Positions 29,657 through 40,081 of a stretch of 64,000 bases of DNA are shown one piece after another. This DNA comes from Myxococcaceae bacterium (lineage in GTDB: Bacteria; Myxococcota; UBA727; JABDBI01): contig JAECQY010000002.1 of NCBI GenBank assembly GCA_016000045.1, forward strand, positions 95,777 to 159,776, read 5' to 3'. Below the pieces are notes generated by a model. The model saw nothing but the letters and a program-made list of their open reading frames with translations, had not been told where the DNA came from and searched no databases. Every line of letters begins with the position of its first letter. The first letter of the stretch is position 1. The position numbers and the translations under genes are program-made.

Positions 29657-30351
29657 TGTCGCCTAGCATTTACGCAGCGTATGGACAGCTCTTCAGTGTC
29701 GGGTTTATCTTCATCGGATTTCATTGCATTGGCATGTGCGGGCCGATCTTGTGTGGTTTACAGATAGGGCGTCAGCGATTTGGGCTTCTCTTTTATCAAC
29801 TGGGGAGAACTACGCTCTATATGATTTTTGGAGCCATCACGGGAGCTCTTGGAGCTGTCTTTGAAAAAACTTTTAGCGCAGCAGGGACTGTCATCAGCAT
29901 TGCTTTTGGTTGTTTGCTGATTGTGCAAGCAGGAAAAACCTATCGCTTCAAAAACACTCACCGCCTTGCTTCTAAATTAGCGATTTTACAACCCGATGAA
30001 TTCGGCCTGATACGACCTCTGTTCTTGGGGATGTGTTTGGCTTTTATGCCCTGCATGATTACCGTCTGGGCTCTCGGTATTGCAGCAACCACCTTATCTC
30101 CTCTACACGGTGCGCTCATCATGGCTTTATTGGTTCTCTTGACAACCCCTGCCCTGTGGATCTCCACCCGAATCCCGAATATCTTGCAACGTCTTCAAAA
30201 AATCGAGTTCTTGAAGCGACTTTCCCCAGCTCTTTTAGGCATTTCAGGAATTTGGATGATTTTAGTGGGTTTAGCCGGAGCAGGTATCTTGAATCACTGC
30301 CATGTTCATTTCCAACTCTTCGGGCAGCACTACATGATCATGTTTTTTTAA
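29656..30351 (+). CDS. DsbD_2/UreH-like family integral membrane protein (HCxxMCGP motif), cbb3-cluster associated
   Basis: 231 aa, 6 or more TM segments, with an 'HCIGMCGPILCGL' motif in TM1. The TGATG junction with ccoG suggests coupling. Confidence 0.45.
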   Translation: MSPSIYAAYGQLFSVGFIFIGFHCIGMCGPILCGLQIGRQRFGLLFYQLGRTTLYMIFGAITGALGAVFEKTFSAAGTVISIAFGCLLIVQAGKTYRFKNTHRLASKLAILQPDEFGLIRPLFLGMCLAFMPCMITVWALGIAATTLSPLHGALIMALLVLLTTPALWISTRIPNILQRLQKIEFLKRLSPALLGISGIWMILVGLAGAGILNHCHVHFQLFGQHYMIMFF

Positions 30352-30875
30352 AAGGGCGAACCATCTATATCAGCAACCCGATGCCATCCACGACGGTAAT
30401 AAACGATCGGACTTTGAGTGCTCAGTGTCTTGGCTTCTAAAACCTCTCCGACGAAAATAACATGGTCGCCAATATCGTGAAAAGAATGAACGTTGCAGTC
30501 CAACCAAGCCAATCCGTCGGATAGAACCCGATTTCCCGAATGGAGATTCTGAAACGCGTGCTTCTTAAACCGATCGGGCATCCGAATCGTTGAATCCGAA
30601 AAAGTCTGCCCTACCTTTCTTTGAGTCGAATCAAGCATGCTCGCGGCAAAAGACCTAGATTGCTGCAAAATCGAACACATCGTTGTACGTTTATCGATGC
30701 ACACTGAGATCATTGAAGGATGCAAGCTCACGCTGGTCAACGAGCTCACGGTCATTCCGTAATCCTGGCCATCCAGATGGGTTGTAACAACCGCAACCCC
30801 TGAAGGCCAGTGAGACATGGCTTCCTTATAGCGTTCGACGAGCTCGGACACGAGCGATCTCCATTTGTTCCTCAA
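30348..30875 (-). CDS. flavin reductase-like (HpaC/NADH:flavin oxidoreductase family) protein
   Basis: 175 aa. 'GVAVVTT' and 'GMTVSSLTSVSLHPSMISVC' match the flavin-reductase fold pattern. Confidence 0.65.
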   Translation of the reverse strand: MRNKWRSLVSELVERYKEAMSHWPSGVAVVTTHLDGQDYGMTVSSLTSVSLHPSMISVCIDKRTTMCSILQQSRSFAASMLDSTQRKVGQTFSDSTIRMPDRFKKHAFQNLHSGNRVLSDGLAWLDCNVHSFHDIGDHVIFVGEVLEAKTLSTQSPIVYYRRGWHRVADIDGSPF

Positions 30876-31860
30876 GAAACTCCCGAAGGCTTACCCCTTC
30901 ATAAGCGAGCGCCTGAGGAACAAGCGACGCCTTGGTCAGGCCTGGAAGAGCATTGGTTTCTAGAAATACCACACCTTGCTGATCCACAATCATATCCGTC
31001 CGAGAATATCCTTCACAATTCAAGACCGTATGAGCAGCCACCGCTAAACGCTGGGCCATCTCAATCACATGAGCGCTCACCTGTGCAGGAGTCACCTCGA
31101 CCGTTCCAAGGCCTAAATACTTCCCATCGTAGTCTGCAAAACCTCGCTGAACCCGAAGCTCTGTGGGCACTAAAGCTCGAGTACCGGATTTCGAATCAAC
31201 AACCCCGACCGTCAATTCGGTTCCAGGAATATAAGCCTCCAGCAAGTAAGAGGTGCCTAGATTTTTGCTAATCTCTCGCAGAGCTTGGTCCCAATTAGAG
31301 GGCTCTAGCAATAAAAGCCCAAAGCTGGATCCTTCTTCATTGGGTTTTAAGATCAACCGATCAAAACTCTGAAACAATTTTCGAATCGATGCTTCCGCTT
31401 CGACATCATCATATCCTGATATTAAGTAAGATTCCGCGACTCGAGCTCCAGCAGCTTTTAATTTTTGTTTCGCTTGATCTTTGTTCATGCAAGCACGACA
31501 AGCCTCAGAGCCTGGCCCGGTGAAAGGGGTGTAACGTTTCTCGAACCAATATTGAACCGTTCCGTCTTCTCCAGAGCCCCCATGCAGGCCATTAATAAAT
31601 AAACTCTTGAAGGCTAACTCAGAATGCAAGGCCATGGAAAGGCTTTCGAAAAGAGGAGCTTTCTGAGGAATGAGAGGCACTTTAAAAGCATCCGCATGGC
31701 TTAAAAGATGTTCTCTCGATACATCGTAGATTTGCCCATCCAGTGCCCAAAACCAACAACTCGCTTCCGGCAACGCTTGGCTCAAATTCTGCGCGGTCGC
31801 CACTGAAACCAAACTTTCTCGACTATGGCCTCCAAAAATAATCACAAGATTTTCACGCAT
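30826..31860 (-). CDS. ddl: D-alanine--D-alanine ligase
   Basis: ATP-grasp motifs and the Ddl N-terminal 'IIFGGHSRE'. The start is set at the internal Met, 30 bp after the rpoD stop; the longer ORF runs into rpoD. Confidence 0.8.
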   Translation of the reverse strand: MRENLVIIFGGHSRESLVSVATAQNLSQALPEASCWFWALDGQIYDVSREHLLSHADAFKVPLIPQKAPLFESLSMALHSELAFKSLFINGLHGGSGEDGTVQYWFEKRYTPFTGPGSEACRACMNKDQAKQKLKAAGARVAESYLISGYDDVEAEASIRKLFQSFDRLILKPNEEGSSFGLLLLEPSNWDQALREISKNLGTSYLLEAYIPGTELTVGVVDSKSGTRALVPTELRVQRGFADYDGKYLGLGTVEVTPAQVSAHVIEMAQRLAVAAHTVLNCEGYSRTDMIVDQQGVVFLETNALPGLTKASLVPQALAYEGVSLREFLEEQMEIARVRARRTL

Positions 31861-31891
31861 CGATATCCCTCTTACAAGCCCTGACTCGAAA

Positions 31892-33793
31892 CTACTCTCT
31901 TGATTGCGAATTTTTCTGGATCTGAGCCTCTGTCGGTTCAGAGAAAGCAAACAGCTTCTTCGATCGGGAAGGATGTCGAAGTTTTCGAAGCGCTTTGGCT
32001 TCAATCTGCCGAATGCGCTCACGTGTGACCTCAAAGTCTTGGCCAACTTCTTCCAGCGTGTGATCGGAACGCTCACCGATTCCAAAACGCATGCGCAAAA
32101 CCTTTTCCTCTCGAGGCGTCAGCGTGGCCAATACTTTGCGTGTTTGTTCGCTGAGATTCATCAGCATGACCGCACTGGACGGGTTAATCGCCGACTTATC
32201 CTCAATAAAATCTCCCAACGAACTTCCGCTATCGTCTTCATCTCCAATCGGGGTCTCTAAGGAAATCGGTTCTTTAGCGATTTTGAGTACTTTACGAACT
32301 TTTTCAACCGGCATTTCCATTTTTTCAGCGATTTCTTCCGGAGTGGGCTCACGGCCCAAATCCTGCACCAAGTATCGGCTGGTTCGAACCAACTTATTGA
32401 TCGTTTCAATCATATGAACCGGAATGCGAATCGTACGAGCCTGATCGGCTATCGCACGCGTAATCGCTTGCCGAATCCACCAAGTCGCGTACGTTGAGAA
32501 TTTATAGCCACGCTTATATTCGAATTTGTCTACCGCTTTCATTAAACCAATGTTGCCTTCTTGGATGAGATCCAAAAATTGCAGACCGCGATTGGTATAT
32601 TTTTTTGCAATCGAAACCACCAAACGAAGATTGGCTTCAACGAGTTGTTCTTTCGCACGATTCGCTTTTCGTTCGCCTTTTTGAACAAAGCGATAAGCTT
32701 CTCGCAAACTTTCGACGTCGACCTGAGCTTCTTCTTGGACGCGCTTAATGCGATGAACTCCCATCACAATCGTCCGGTACCAATCCTGCAAGTGCTCAAT
32801 GCTGGTCATCCACTTTTTAGCCAAGACGGCCATCTTCTCTTGCTTGCTTTCGCAAGCTCGGATTTCTTCTAAGATAACATGCGCAGAACGATTAACGCGC
32901 CTTTCAATATTCGAGATTTCGAATTCGACTTTGTTGACGCGTCTAACCAAGATCTTGATCCGCTGAACAATCCGATCGATCTGACGCTTGTTAATCTTAA
33001 GCTCACGAAGCAAAGAAACGACTTTTTCGCTGTTTGTCGAAGTAATTTTTTTCCGAAGTTGGGTCAGTTCTGCCACAATTTTTAAAGCGCGTTCGGTAAT
33101 TTTGGGTTCATCAAATTCAATGGTTTGCCCATCTTCCCCCGGCTCGTTCTCTTTGACGATCTCTTTGACGCGTATTTTGCCTTTTCGAAGCCGCTCTCCC
33201 AAATCCAGAATTTCGATGAGGCAAATGGGGGTATGCAAAACTGCCGACAAAACTTCGATTTCGCCTTCTTCAATTCGTTTCGAAATCTCAACTTCACCTT
33301 CGCGAGTCAGCAGATGGACCGAACCCATTTTTCTTAAATAAAGTCGAACTGGATCATTTCCCTTTGAGAAATCCCCTGATTCCACAGCTTCGCCATCGGT
33401 TTCAGCAGAAAACTCTTCAACTTCTTCTTTTGGGCCAACTTCCGCCGTTTTGCCGCCATCATCGGTCAGCTCAACTTCCGCCTCAAGCAAGAGCGCGACT
33501 AAGTTTTCCAAATCTTCCATTTTGGCCAGATCGGACCCCAGAGCATCATTAACCTCATCAATGCTCAAAGTGCCTTTGTCGCGCCCACGACTGACAAGCT
33601 TGACAACATCTTTTCTCTCGTGAAACACTCGAGCCACTATCTTGACAGGGTTGGGTAAACGAGGCTTCGAAAAAGAGCCTAGTTCATCAAAATCGTCCGC
33701 ATCGAAGTCTGATTCTGCAGTTAAATCGAGCTCATCCATATCAATATCAGCGTCCATATCGAATTTATTTTTTTCAGTCACACATTTACCCAT
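31892..33793 (-). CDS. rpoD: RNA polymerase primary sigma factor RpoD (sigma-70)
   Basis: Regions 2-4 are near-consensus: '[56 protein letters not shown]'. Acidic region 1.1. Confidence 0.95.
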   Translation of the reverse strand: MGKCVTEKNKFDMDADIDMDELDLTAESDFDADDFDELGSFSKPRLPNPVKIVARVFHERKDVVKLVSRGRDKGTLSIDEVNDALGSDLAKMEDLENLVALLLEAEVELTDDGGKTAEVGPKEEVEEFSAETDGEAVESGDFSKGNDPVRLYLRKMGSVHLLTREGEVEISKRIEEGEIEVLSAVLHTPICLIEILDLGERLRKGKIRVKEIVKENEPGEDGQTIEFDEPKITERALKIVAELTQLRKKITSTNSEKVVSLLRELKINKRQIDRIVQRIKILVRRVNKVEFEISNIERRVNRSAHVILEEIRACESKQEKMAVLAKKWMTSIEHLQDWYRTIVMGVHRIKRVQEEAQVDVESLREAYRFVQKGERKANRAKEQLVEANLRLVVSIAKKYTNRGLQFLDLIQEGNIGLMKAVDKFEYKRGYKFSTYATWWIRQAITRAIADQARTIRIPVHMIETINKLVRTSRYLVQDLGREPTPEEIAEKMEMPVEKVRKVLKIAKEPISLETPIGDEDDSGSSLGDFIEDKSAINPSSAVMLMNLSEQTRKVLATLTPREEKVLRMRFGIGERSDHTLEEVGQDFEVTRERIRQIEAKALRKLRHPSRSKKLFAFSEPTEAQIQKNSQSRE

Positions 33794-33812
33794 ATCCGAT
33801 CCATCAAAGTCT

Positions 33813-35441
33813 TCAAGTCCAACCCTGCTTGAGTGCTCCTGTCTGGCTCTTGAGTGTATCTCGAACTTCCTGGAGATTACCCTCTGAACTTGCCTGCAAC
33901 AATCTTTTGTGCTGTTCTGACAGCCAAGCGTTCTTTTTCTTTTTCTGGACTCGAAGCCGCCAGCCTTGTAAAATCAATTCCGCTTCTTGTCGACTGATTT
34001 CAGAAACGTTCACTTCTTTCAATTGATACACCACCGTCGAGTGTCGAGGCAATACAATGTCAGACCATCCTTTTTGGTTCGGCAACTCCATCACTCGATC
34101 CATAAAAAACGCAAAATCTGAGTTTAATTCCGCGACAATATCGCTCGCCTCATGCACCAAAGCAGGATGTTGCACAAACGCTGCAAACAAAAGCTTTTCA
34201 GAAGCGCTCCAAACTACACGAGCGATTTCACGGGATATAGGCGCCGCAGCTTTAGGAAGAGCTCCCGGGCGAGCTTTCAAAACCGATTGAATCAACACGC
34301 GTTCGTCTTCTTTCAAGATAGACGAAGCCAATCGGACATACTGACGATTGACGAGCGGATCCGGGTGCACCGAAAGAACCGGCAAAAGTGCCTGCAACGC
34401 TTGAATCCGAGCGTGTACCCCTATCATCCCGTCGGATGAAGCTTGTTCAATCCGAACTTGAACGGCATCTTTGGCATTGGAAAGCAAGCCTTTCAGCGTC
34501 TCGTATTCTCCCTTTTGCCACAGAGAGTCCGGATCTTTATCAAGCATTTCGGCCGTTCGAACCTGAAATCCATTCGCGAGAAATAAAAGCAAGGCCTTCT
34601 CTTGAGCGGCCACACCCGCTGGATCTCGATCGAAACAAAGCACAACTTCCTGCGTATACTTCTGGATCAGGCTGGCGTGTCCTTGAGTTAAGCTTGTTCC
34701 ACAAGGCGCAACCGCTGGGATACCGCTGGCCAAAAAAGCCATCACATCAAAGTATCCTTCCACCACCATCACGCGGCTCTGCTTTTTAATCAGCGGAAGC
34801 GATTCGTAGAGCCCATAGAGAGTCTGGCTTTTGTCGTACACTTCACTGGAAGAACTATTGACGTATTTGGGTCGTGTCTTTTCTAAATTGCCAAAAATCC
34901 GCCCTCCGAATCCAATGATTTGACCACGAGGATTTCGAATGGGAATGGTAATTCGTGAATGAAAGAGAGAATCTGAGTTGGCTCCAAAACCCAATCCCAT
35001 TTTTTCGATAAATTCAGTGGGGTAGCGTCGAACTTGAGTCAAATATCGAAGCGGTTCGTCTTTTAAGTTTGCTAGAAAATAAGACTGGTCACGCTCCAAA
35101 GCATCTAAAGACAAATGATCGACTCGAGTTTTGGCATTCCCCTGAATCACAATTCCATGTTCAGCAGCCAATTGCCGCACGATATCCATGAAAAGCTGCC
35201 CGCTTTGCTTTTCTAAAAAGCTAAAAACATCGCCACTGGCTCCACAGCCAAAACACTTAAAGAAGCCCTTATCAGGACGAACGTTGAAGGAAGGGCTCTT
35301 TTCGGCGTGAAAAGGACAAAGGCCCAAGTAGCTGGGCCCCTGTTTTTTCAATTTAACGGTCCGTCCAATGACTTGGACCAAGTCCGTACGCCGCTTGATC
35401 TCGGCGATTGCGTCTTCGAGCTTCACGATACTCCTAAACAC
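33813..35441 (-). CDS. dnaG: DNA primase DnaG
   Basis: Zinc ribbon '[22 protein letters not shown]' and a TOPRIM 'EGYFD' domain. Confidence 0.9.
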   Translation of the reverse strand: MFRSIVKLEDAIAEIKRRTDLVQVIGRTVKLKKQGPSYLGLCPFHAEKSPSFNVRPDKGFFKCFGCGASGDVFSFLEKQSGQLFMDIVRQLAAEHGIVIQGNAKTRVDHLSLDALERDQSYFLANLKDEPLRYLTQVRRYPTEFIEKMGLGFGANSDSLFHSRITIPIRNPRGQIIGFGGRIFGNLEKTRPKYVNSSSSEVYDKSQTLYGLYESLPLIKKQSRVMVVEGYFDVMAFLASGIPAVAPCGTSLTQGHASLIQKYTQEVVLCFDRDPAGVAAQEKALLLFLANGFQVRTAEMLDKDPDSLWQKGEYETLKGLLSNAKDAVQVRIEQASSDGMIGVHARIQALQALLPVLSVHPDPLVNRQYVRLASSILKEDERVLIQSVLKARPGALPKAAAPISREIARVVWSASEKLLFAAFVQHPALVHEASDIVAELNSDFAFFMDRVMELPNQKGWSDIVLPRHSTVVYQLKEVNVSEISRQEAELILQGWRLRVQKKKKNAWLSEQHKRLLQASSEGNLQEVRDTLKSQTGALKQGWT

Positions 35442-35911
35442 CTCTTAACACAGGCTGAGACACGATTTCCATCCGCTTGACCGGCTGCACTCGCCAGCAC
35501 CGCTTTCATCACTTTGCCCATGTCCTGAGCTCCCGATGCTCCCAGTAACTCGATGTGTTCTCGCACAAGACGTTCCAAAGCACGTTCATCCAGCTGAGCT
35601 GGCAAGTAAGACTCGATTACCGATAATTCAAAAGCTTCTTTTTCAGCTAAATCCATGCGCCCACCCGCTTTGAACGACTCCACAGATTCTCGGCGTTGTT
35701 TAGCCATTTTCTTTAAGACATCCAGAGCCTGCAAATCATCCAAATCAGTCCCTTCCGAAGACCCATGGGTCCGAGCGGAGATGGCCCGATTTTTCAGTTC
35801 TGTGCGCACCAACGCCAAAACGTCTTTTTTCGGATCGCGTGCTTTCATCGCATCCTTCCAGTCCAAGCTAACTCTATCGTGTAATGAAATCATAGTCATC
35901 TCATCGCACAT
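35423..35911 (-). CDS. GatB/YqeY-domain protein
   Basis: 162 aa with the YqeY pattern. Its position upstream of dnaG-rpoD is conserved. Confidence 0.7.
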   Translation of the reverse strand: MCDEMTMISLHDRVSLDWKDAMKARDPKKDVLALVRTELKNRAISARTHGSSEGTDLDDLQALDVLKKMAKQRRESVESFKAGGRMDLAEKEAFELSVIESYLPAQLDERALERLVREHIELLGASGAQDMGKVMKAVLASAAGQADGNRVSACVKRCLGVS

Positions 35912-36036
35912 TTGCGGAGAAAAAGGAACTTGATGGATGAAAACCTTGCCTAGAGTAGCTTGTGCTATCTGCAGTGAGAGAATAGAGACAGGAACCAGAT
36001 TGTTGGTAACCTTGTTAGCATGAGGAGAGTGTTCGC

Positions 36037-36996
36037 TTGATACGTCCCATTTCTACCTCTATTGTCCTTGTTTTTGCACTATCCACAGACTTATTGGCTT
36101 GGCTAAAAGATCCTAGATCTGAAGTCGCCCGAATCAGCCGACAAATCCGAGACAGCGTTCGAGAAGTAAAACCTTTTTCGCTGGGCTCGTCTTCGGTGCC
36201 GCTGATTCGCACGAACAATAACTACATCGAGCAAATGAGCCAACGACTCAAACGCATCCAAGAGCTCCGGCTCGAGATTCACAGATTGCACCAGATAGGA
36301 AAAATGTCGGAGGCTCTAGAAGCCGAAGAAGAGCTCTTGCGCCTGATTGAGTTGGGTGCTTTGCCTGAGAAGTTGCAAAGAACAGAAGCTTGGAAGATTG
36401 GATTGGGCCTTAGCGAAATGCCGGGTGAACTATTTTTGCCTACGTCTGGGAAAAAGTATGGGGTACCAGAACTACGCTTGCTGCCCGGCACAGATGCACC
36501 ATCCGTTGAACCGAACCCTTCACCCGCGGATGTTGGCCAAGCTTCTCAAGCTGAACAAGAGGCTCAGGGCAAAGAAGCATCCATTGATGGCGCTATCCGT
36601 GTTGTTCGTACGCAAGCGATGTCTGTGGACCCACTCCGATCGGTAAGAAGGTCATATACAGGTCCACGTGAGCCCAGGAACATTACTGCTCTGAAATGGG
36701 ATTGCACCAATTTGGAAAAAATGACCTTTCAAGAAGCGCAAGCTTATGCCACAAGCCGTTTAGCGGAAGGATGGGAATTGCCAACCATTTGGGAGCTGGA
36801 AGCACTGTATCGACAGCAACACAGAGAGCTCGGAAACGATTGCAACGAAGCCTCGTATTGGTCTGAAACAGCAGTGACGGATGTGATTATCGGTGGTGCT
36901 TGTCATTGGGTCTTCGATTTTGAAGATGCCGATGTTTACGGTGGCAGCAATTTTAGCCACCATTTAGTTTGCTTAGTGCGGGATTTAGATGAGTGA
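36037..36996 (+). CDS. secreted DUF1566/Lcl C-terminal domain-like protein, paralog A
   Basis: Signal peptide, coiled region, and a C-terminal 'FQEAQAYATSRLAEGWELPTIWELEALY...YWSET...HLVCLVRD'. Confidence 0.55.
   Translation: MIRPISTSIVLVFALSTDLLAWLKDPRSEVARISRQIRDSVREVKPFSLGSSSVPLIRTNNNYIEQMSQRLKRIQELRLEIHRLHQIGKMSEALEAEEELLRLIELGALPEKLQRTEAWKIGLGLSEMPGELFLPTSGKKYGVPELRLLPGTDAPSVEPNPSPADVGQASQAEQEAQGKEASIDGAIRVVRTQAMSVDPLRSVRRSYTGPREPRNITALKWDCTNLEKMTFQEAQAYATSRLAEGWELPTIWELEALYRQQHRELGNDCNEASYWSETAVTDVIIGGACHWVFDFEDADVYGGSNFSHHLVCLVRDLDE
36175..36500. repeat. left arm of a ~330 bp inverted repeat, the conserved N-terminal coding region of the DUF1566 paralogs
   Basis: Reverse complement is near-identical to 39406-39733. 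For example, 'gggtgaactatttttgcctacgtctggg' here matches 'cccagacgtaggcaaaaatagttcaccc' there. Confidence 0.7.
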
Positions 36997-37014
36997 GCCT
37001 CCCCAGAGAGAGAA

Positions 37015-37959
37015 TTGGGCTATGCCCTAACACAAAAGGGTTGCAGGGCTTCCCAGACGTGCTACGACTTGAGAATGGATCTATCAATCATTTTGGGTTC
37101 GGTCGCTATCTTGCTACTTTTTCCAATGACTCTTTTTACGGTCCGCCAACAAACTTCGATTTCGATTGAGCGCTTTGGTCGCTTTGTTCGAGTAGCCGGA
37201 CCCGGGCTTAACTGGAAGCTGCCTTTCATTGAACGCATTGCACGCCGCCTGGATCTTCGCATTCAACAGATGGTCGTTGAAGTAGAAACCAAGACCAAAG
37301 ATAACGTCTTTGTGCGTGTCCACATCGCTGTTCAATATTTTGTTCTTCAAACTCGATTGTTTGATGCTTTTTACAAGCTGAGCACTCCAGGCCCTCAAAT
37401 CGAATCGCATGTTCTAGATATCGTTCGAGGCCAAGTTCCTAAGATGGACCTGGACCATGTATTTGAAAATAAAGATACCATCGCTTACGCTGTTAAAGAC
37501 GAACTGACAGAGTCGATGACCGAGTTTGGCTACGGCATTCAAACTGCTCTGGTGACGGAGATTGACCCTGACCAGAAGGTAAAGTCTGCGATGAACGATA
37601 TCAACGCGGCCCTACGAGAACGTACCGCTGCGAATGAAAGAGGCGAAGCGGAACGGATCTTGGTTGTCAAGCGCGCTCAAGGCGATGCCGAAAGCAAAGC
37701 TTTGCAAGGAACCGGGATCGCCAATCAACGCAGAGCCATTATCGATGGTCTCCAGCAATCAGTCGATTTATTTCAAAAAGCCATCCCGGGAACAACGGCC
37801 GATGATGTGATGAAACTAGTCCTCATGATTCAATACTTGGACACGTTGAAAGACATTGGAGCCACTGGAAAATCGAACACGGTGTTCCTCAATCACTCAC
37901 CCGGTACTCTGGGTGACCTTGTTCAACAGATTGCTGCCGCTAATCTAGCATCGAAATAA
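37015..37959 (+). CDS. SPFH/band-7 (stomatin/prohibitin/HflK-C-like) domain membrane protein
   Basis: N-terminal TM then an SPFH core 'IERFGRFVRVAGPGLNWKLPFIE', with an Ala/Glu-rich coiled C-terminus. Confidence 0.8.
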   Translation: MGYALTQKGCRASQTCYDLRMDLSIILGSVAILLLFPMTLFTVRQQTSISIERFGRFVRVAGPGLNWKLPFIERIARRLDLRIQQMVVEVETKTKDNVFVRVHIAVQYFVLQTRLFDAFYKLSTPGPQIESHVLDIVRGQVPKMDLDHVFENKDTIAYAVKDELTESMTEFGYGIQTALVTEIDPDQKVKSAMNDINAALRERTAANERGEAERILVVKRAQGDAESKALQGTGIANQRRAIIDGLQQSVDLFQKAIPGTTADDVMKLVLMIQYLDTLKDIGATGKSNTVFLNHSPGTLGDLVQQIAAANLASK

Positions 37960-38832
37960 CAATCGCGAAGGAAATACTTCTTCCAAAACCTTCAGAGTAC
38001 CTCGATGAGATTGGAGTTGAATCTCCGCTTCTACTCCAATCGGAACAGGCCAATTAGGCTGTTCATGACCCACCGGCAAACCCGTCAACAGAGGAATTTC
38101 AAAGCTCTGGCATCGTTCTTCAAAAACCTTAAACGGTTCGTCTCCACAATCCGTTAAATAACCCAAAACGATGGCTTGAATCCCTTTCAAAGCCCCGGCC
38201 GCCCAAAGGTGCGTTAGCATACGATCCAAGCGATAAGGCTTTTCACCGACATCTTCTAAAACAAGAATGGTTCCGCACAAAGATGGCATGGACCGAGTTC
38301 CGAGCAACTCAACAAGCATGGATAAATTGGCCGCAAGCAACGTCCCCCGTATCCGATCTTTCAAGTAAGTCTTTCTGAGACTTAAGCTCGGGTATGCAAC
38401 GTCTCGAGCTTGTCCGTTCAAGGCCAGCAAAAGCGCTTGGCTCGACTCTGCAGATTCCTCACTCAGTTGCGTGATTAAAGGAGCATGTAGACTCTTTAAC
38501 CCGTGCAAAGCCCAGAAATGCATCATCAAAGCTGTGGTATCGGAAAATCCAACGATCGGAGCAACCGGTTCGCAGTCTTTCAGCATGGGTAAAAGCCGTG
38601 TCATGCCATAGCCGCCTCGGACCGCCCAAATCGCGTCGGCTCTCTCTTCTGAGCAGGCCCGCTGAAGCTCACGGAGACGCTCTTCATCAGAACCATTCAA
38701 ATAGGTCTCTAGGCCTATGCGCAGAATCGGATTGCTCAAAATTTCGCAGCGATTTTGGAGCAGCCATTGAGCCCCTTGCTCATATTGCTGCTCATTAAAC
38801 CGAGACGAAACTGCAAAAGGGATTATCTTCAT
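37945..38832 (-). CDS. LD-carboxypeptidase (peptidase S66, LdcA-like)
   Basis: 295 aa. Ser-nucleophile region 'IVGFSDTTAL' and a C-terminal 'GHEQPNWPVPIG'. Confidence 0.75.
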   Translation of the reverse strand: MKIIPFAVSSRFNEQQYEQGAQWLLQNRCEILSNPILRIGLETYLNGSDEERLRELQRACSEERADAIWAVRGGYGMTRLLPMLKDCEPVAPIVGFSDTTALMMHFWALHGLKSLHAPLITQLSEESAESSQALLLALNGQARDVAYPSLSLRKTYLKDRIRGTLLAANLSMLVELLGTRSMPSLCGTILVLEDVGEKPYRLDRMLTHLWAAGALKGIQAIVLGYLTDCGDEPFKVFEERCQSFEIPLLTGLPVGHEQPNWPVPIGVEAEIQLQSHRGTLKVLEEVFPSRLLFRC

Positions 38833-38863
38833 GAATCGGCTCCATCAGCAACATGAAATGGAA

Positions 38864-39883
38864 TCACAATACCTCCCGCACCAAACGTACTCGATACCCG
38901 ACGAAAACATCACCGACGCAGGCGATACCGTCTCTGAAATTGAAGGCCCAACAGAAACCAGCGTAGCCAACGACCGAAGTGTCTGACCAATACCAGGCTC
39001 CATCATCATCTTCTCCTAATACACTACGCTGCTGATACAACCCTTCTAATTCCCAAATTGTCGGCAATCGCCACCCTTCTCCGGAATGGCCACTCGCATA
39101 AGCCTCGGCTTCTTCGAAAGTCACTCTTCTCAAGCTTTTACGGCCCAATTCCCATTCCAGGGTGGGTAGATCTTTGAGCACACGAAAGCCTTGATACCAA
39201 TTCTCTAAACCTCTGAGCGGGTCTACTCGCATTATTTGAGTGCGAGCAACATGAGTAATGACCTGACTCGATACTCCTGTTGCGTGGACCCTTTGATTAA
39301 CTTGGGAGGCTTGAGAATGAACGGGTTCATTTGGACTCGAAGCTCTCGGCAGCGTTTGTTCGCCGCTCGTGGCTGAAGATTCGGGCTGAACTGCTGGTTC
39401 AATCGCGCCGGGAACCAAATATAATCCTGGTGCCTGATACTTCTCCCCAGACGTAGGCAAAAATAGTTCACCCGGCATTTCGCTAAGGCCCAATCCAATC
39501 TTCCAAGCTTCTGTGCTTTGCAACTTCTCAGGCAAAGCACCCAACTCGATGAGCCGCAAGAGCTCTTCTTCGGCTTCTAGAGCCTCTGAAATTTTCCCTA
39601 TTTGGCGCAACCTGTGAATCTCGAATCGGAGTTCTTGCATGCGCTTAAGCCGTTGACTCATTTGTTCGACGTAGTTATTGCCCATGCGAATGAGCGGTAC
39701 CCAAGCAGAACCGAGCGAAAAGGGCTCCACTGCTCGAATGCTATCTCGGATTCGTATCCCAATTCCAGCGATTTCAGACTCTGCATCTTGCAGCCAAGTG
39801 GGACAGTGCTGAAGCAAGCTCCAAGCCAATAAGTTGGGAGATAGGACAAAAATAAAGAAAATAGGAGCAAAAACCTGATTCAT
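38864..39883 (-). CDS. secreted DUF1566/Lcl C-terminal domain-like protein, paralog B
   Basis: 'VTFEEAEAYASGHSGEGWRLPTIWELEGLY...YWSDT...YRVRLVRE'. The N-terminal 100 aa are about 85% identical to paralog A. Confidence 0.55.
   Translation of the reverse strand: MNQVFAPIFFIFVLSPNLLAWSLLQHCPTWLQDAESEIAGIGIRIRDSIRAVEPFSLGSAWVPLIRMGNNYVEQMSQRLKRMQELRFEIHRLRQIGKISEALEAEEELLRLIELGALPEKLQSTEAWKIGLGLSEMPGELFLPTSGEKYQAPGLYLVPGAIEPAVQPESSATSGEQTLPRASSPNEPVHSQASQVNQRVHATGVSSQVITHVARTQIMRVDPLRGLENWYQGFRVLKDLPTLEWELGRKSLRRVTFEEAEAYASGHSGEGWRLPTIWELEGLYQQRSVLGEDDDGAWYWSDTSVVGYAGFCWAFNFRDGIACVGDVFVGYRVRLVREVL
39406..39733. repeat. right arm of the inverted repeat
   Basis: See left arm. It encodes 'AVEPFSLGSAWVPLIR...LPTSGEKY', against 'EVKPFSLGSSSVPLIR...LPTSGKKY' in paralog A. 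Confidence 0.7.
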
Positions 39884-40081
39884 AACGCAAATACTCTCTT
39901 CTCATTCATGAGGCCGATTGAAAATCTATCTCCCTCGCTCCTATACTTCTACTTCAGAACTGTAAATGTCGGTGAATTTGATAGACCCGATTGAAGAATC
40001 GTACTTTTGAACTCAACACGCATTCGAGCGAATTTCCCCTATTGCATTTGAAACGTTTCGCTCTCATACCAAAATGATTCT

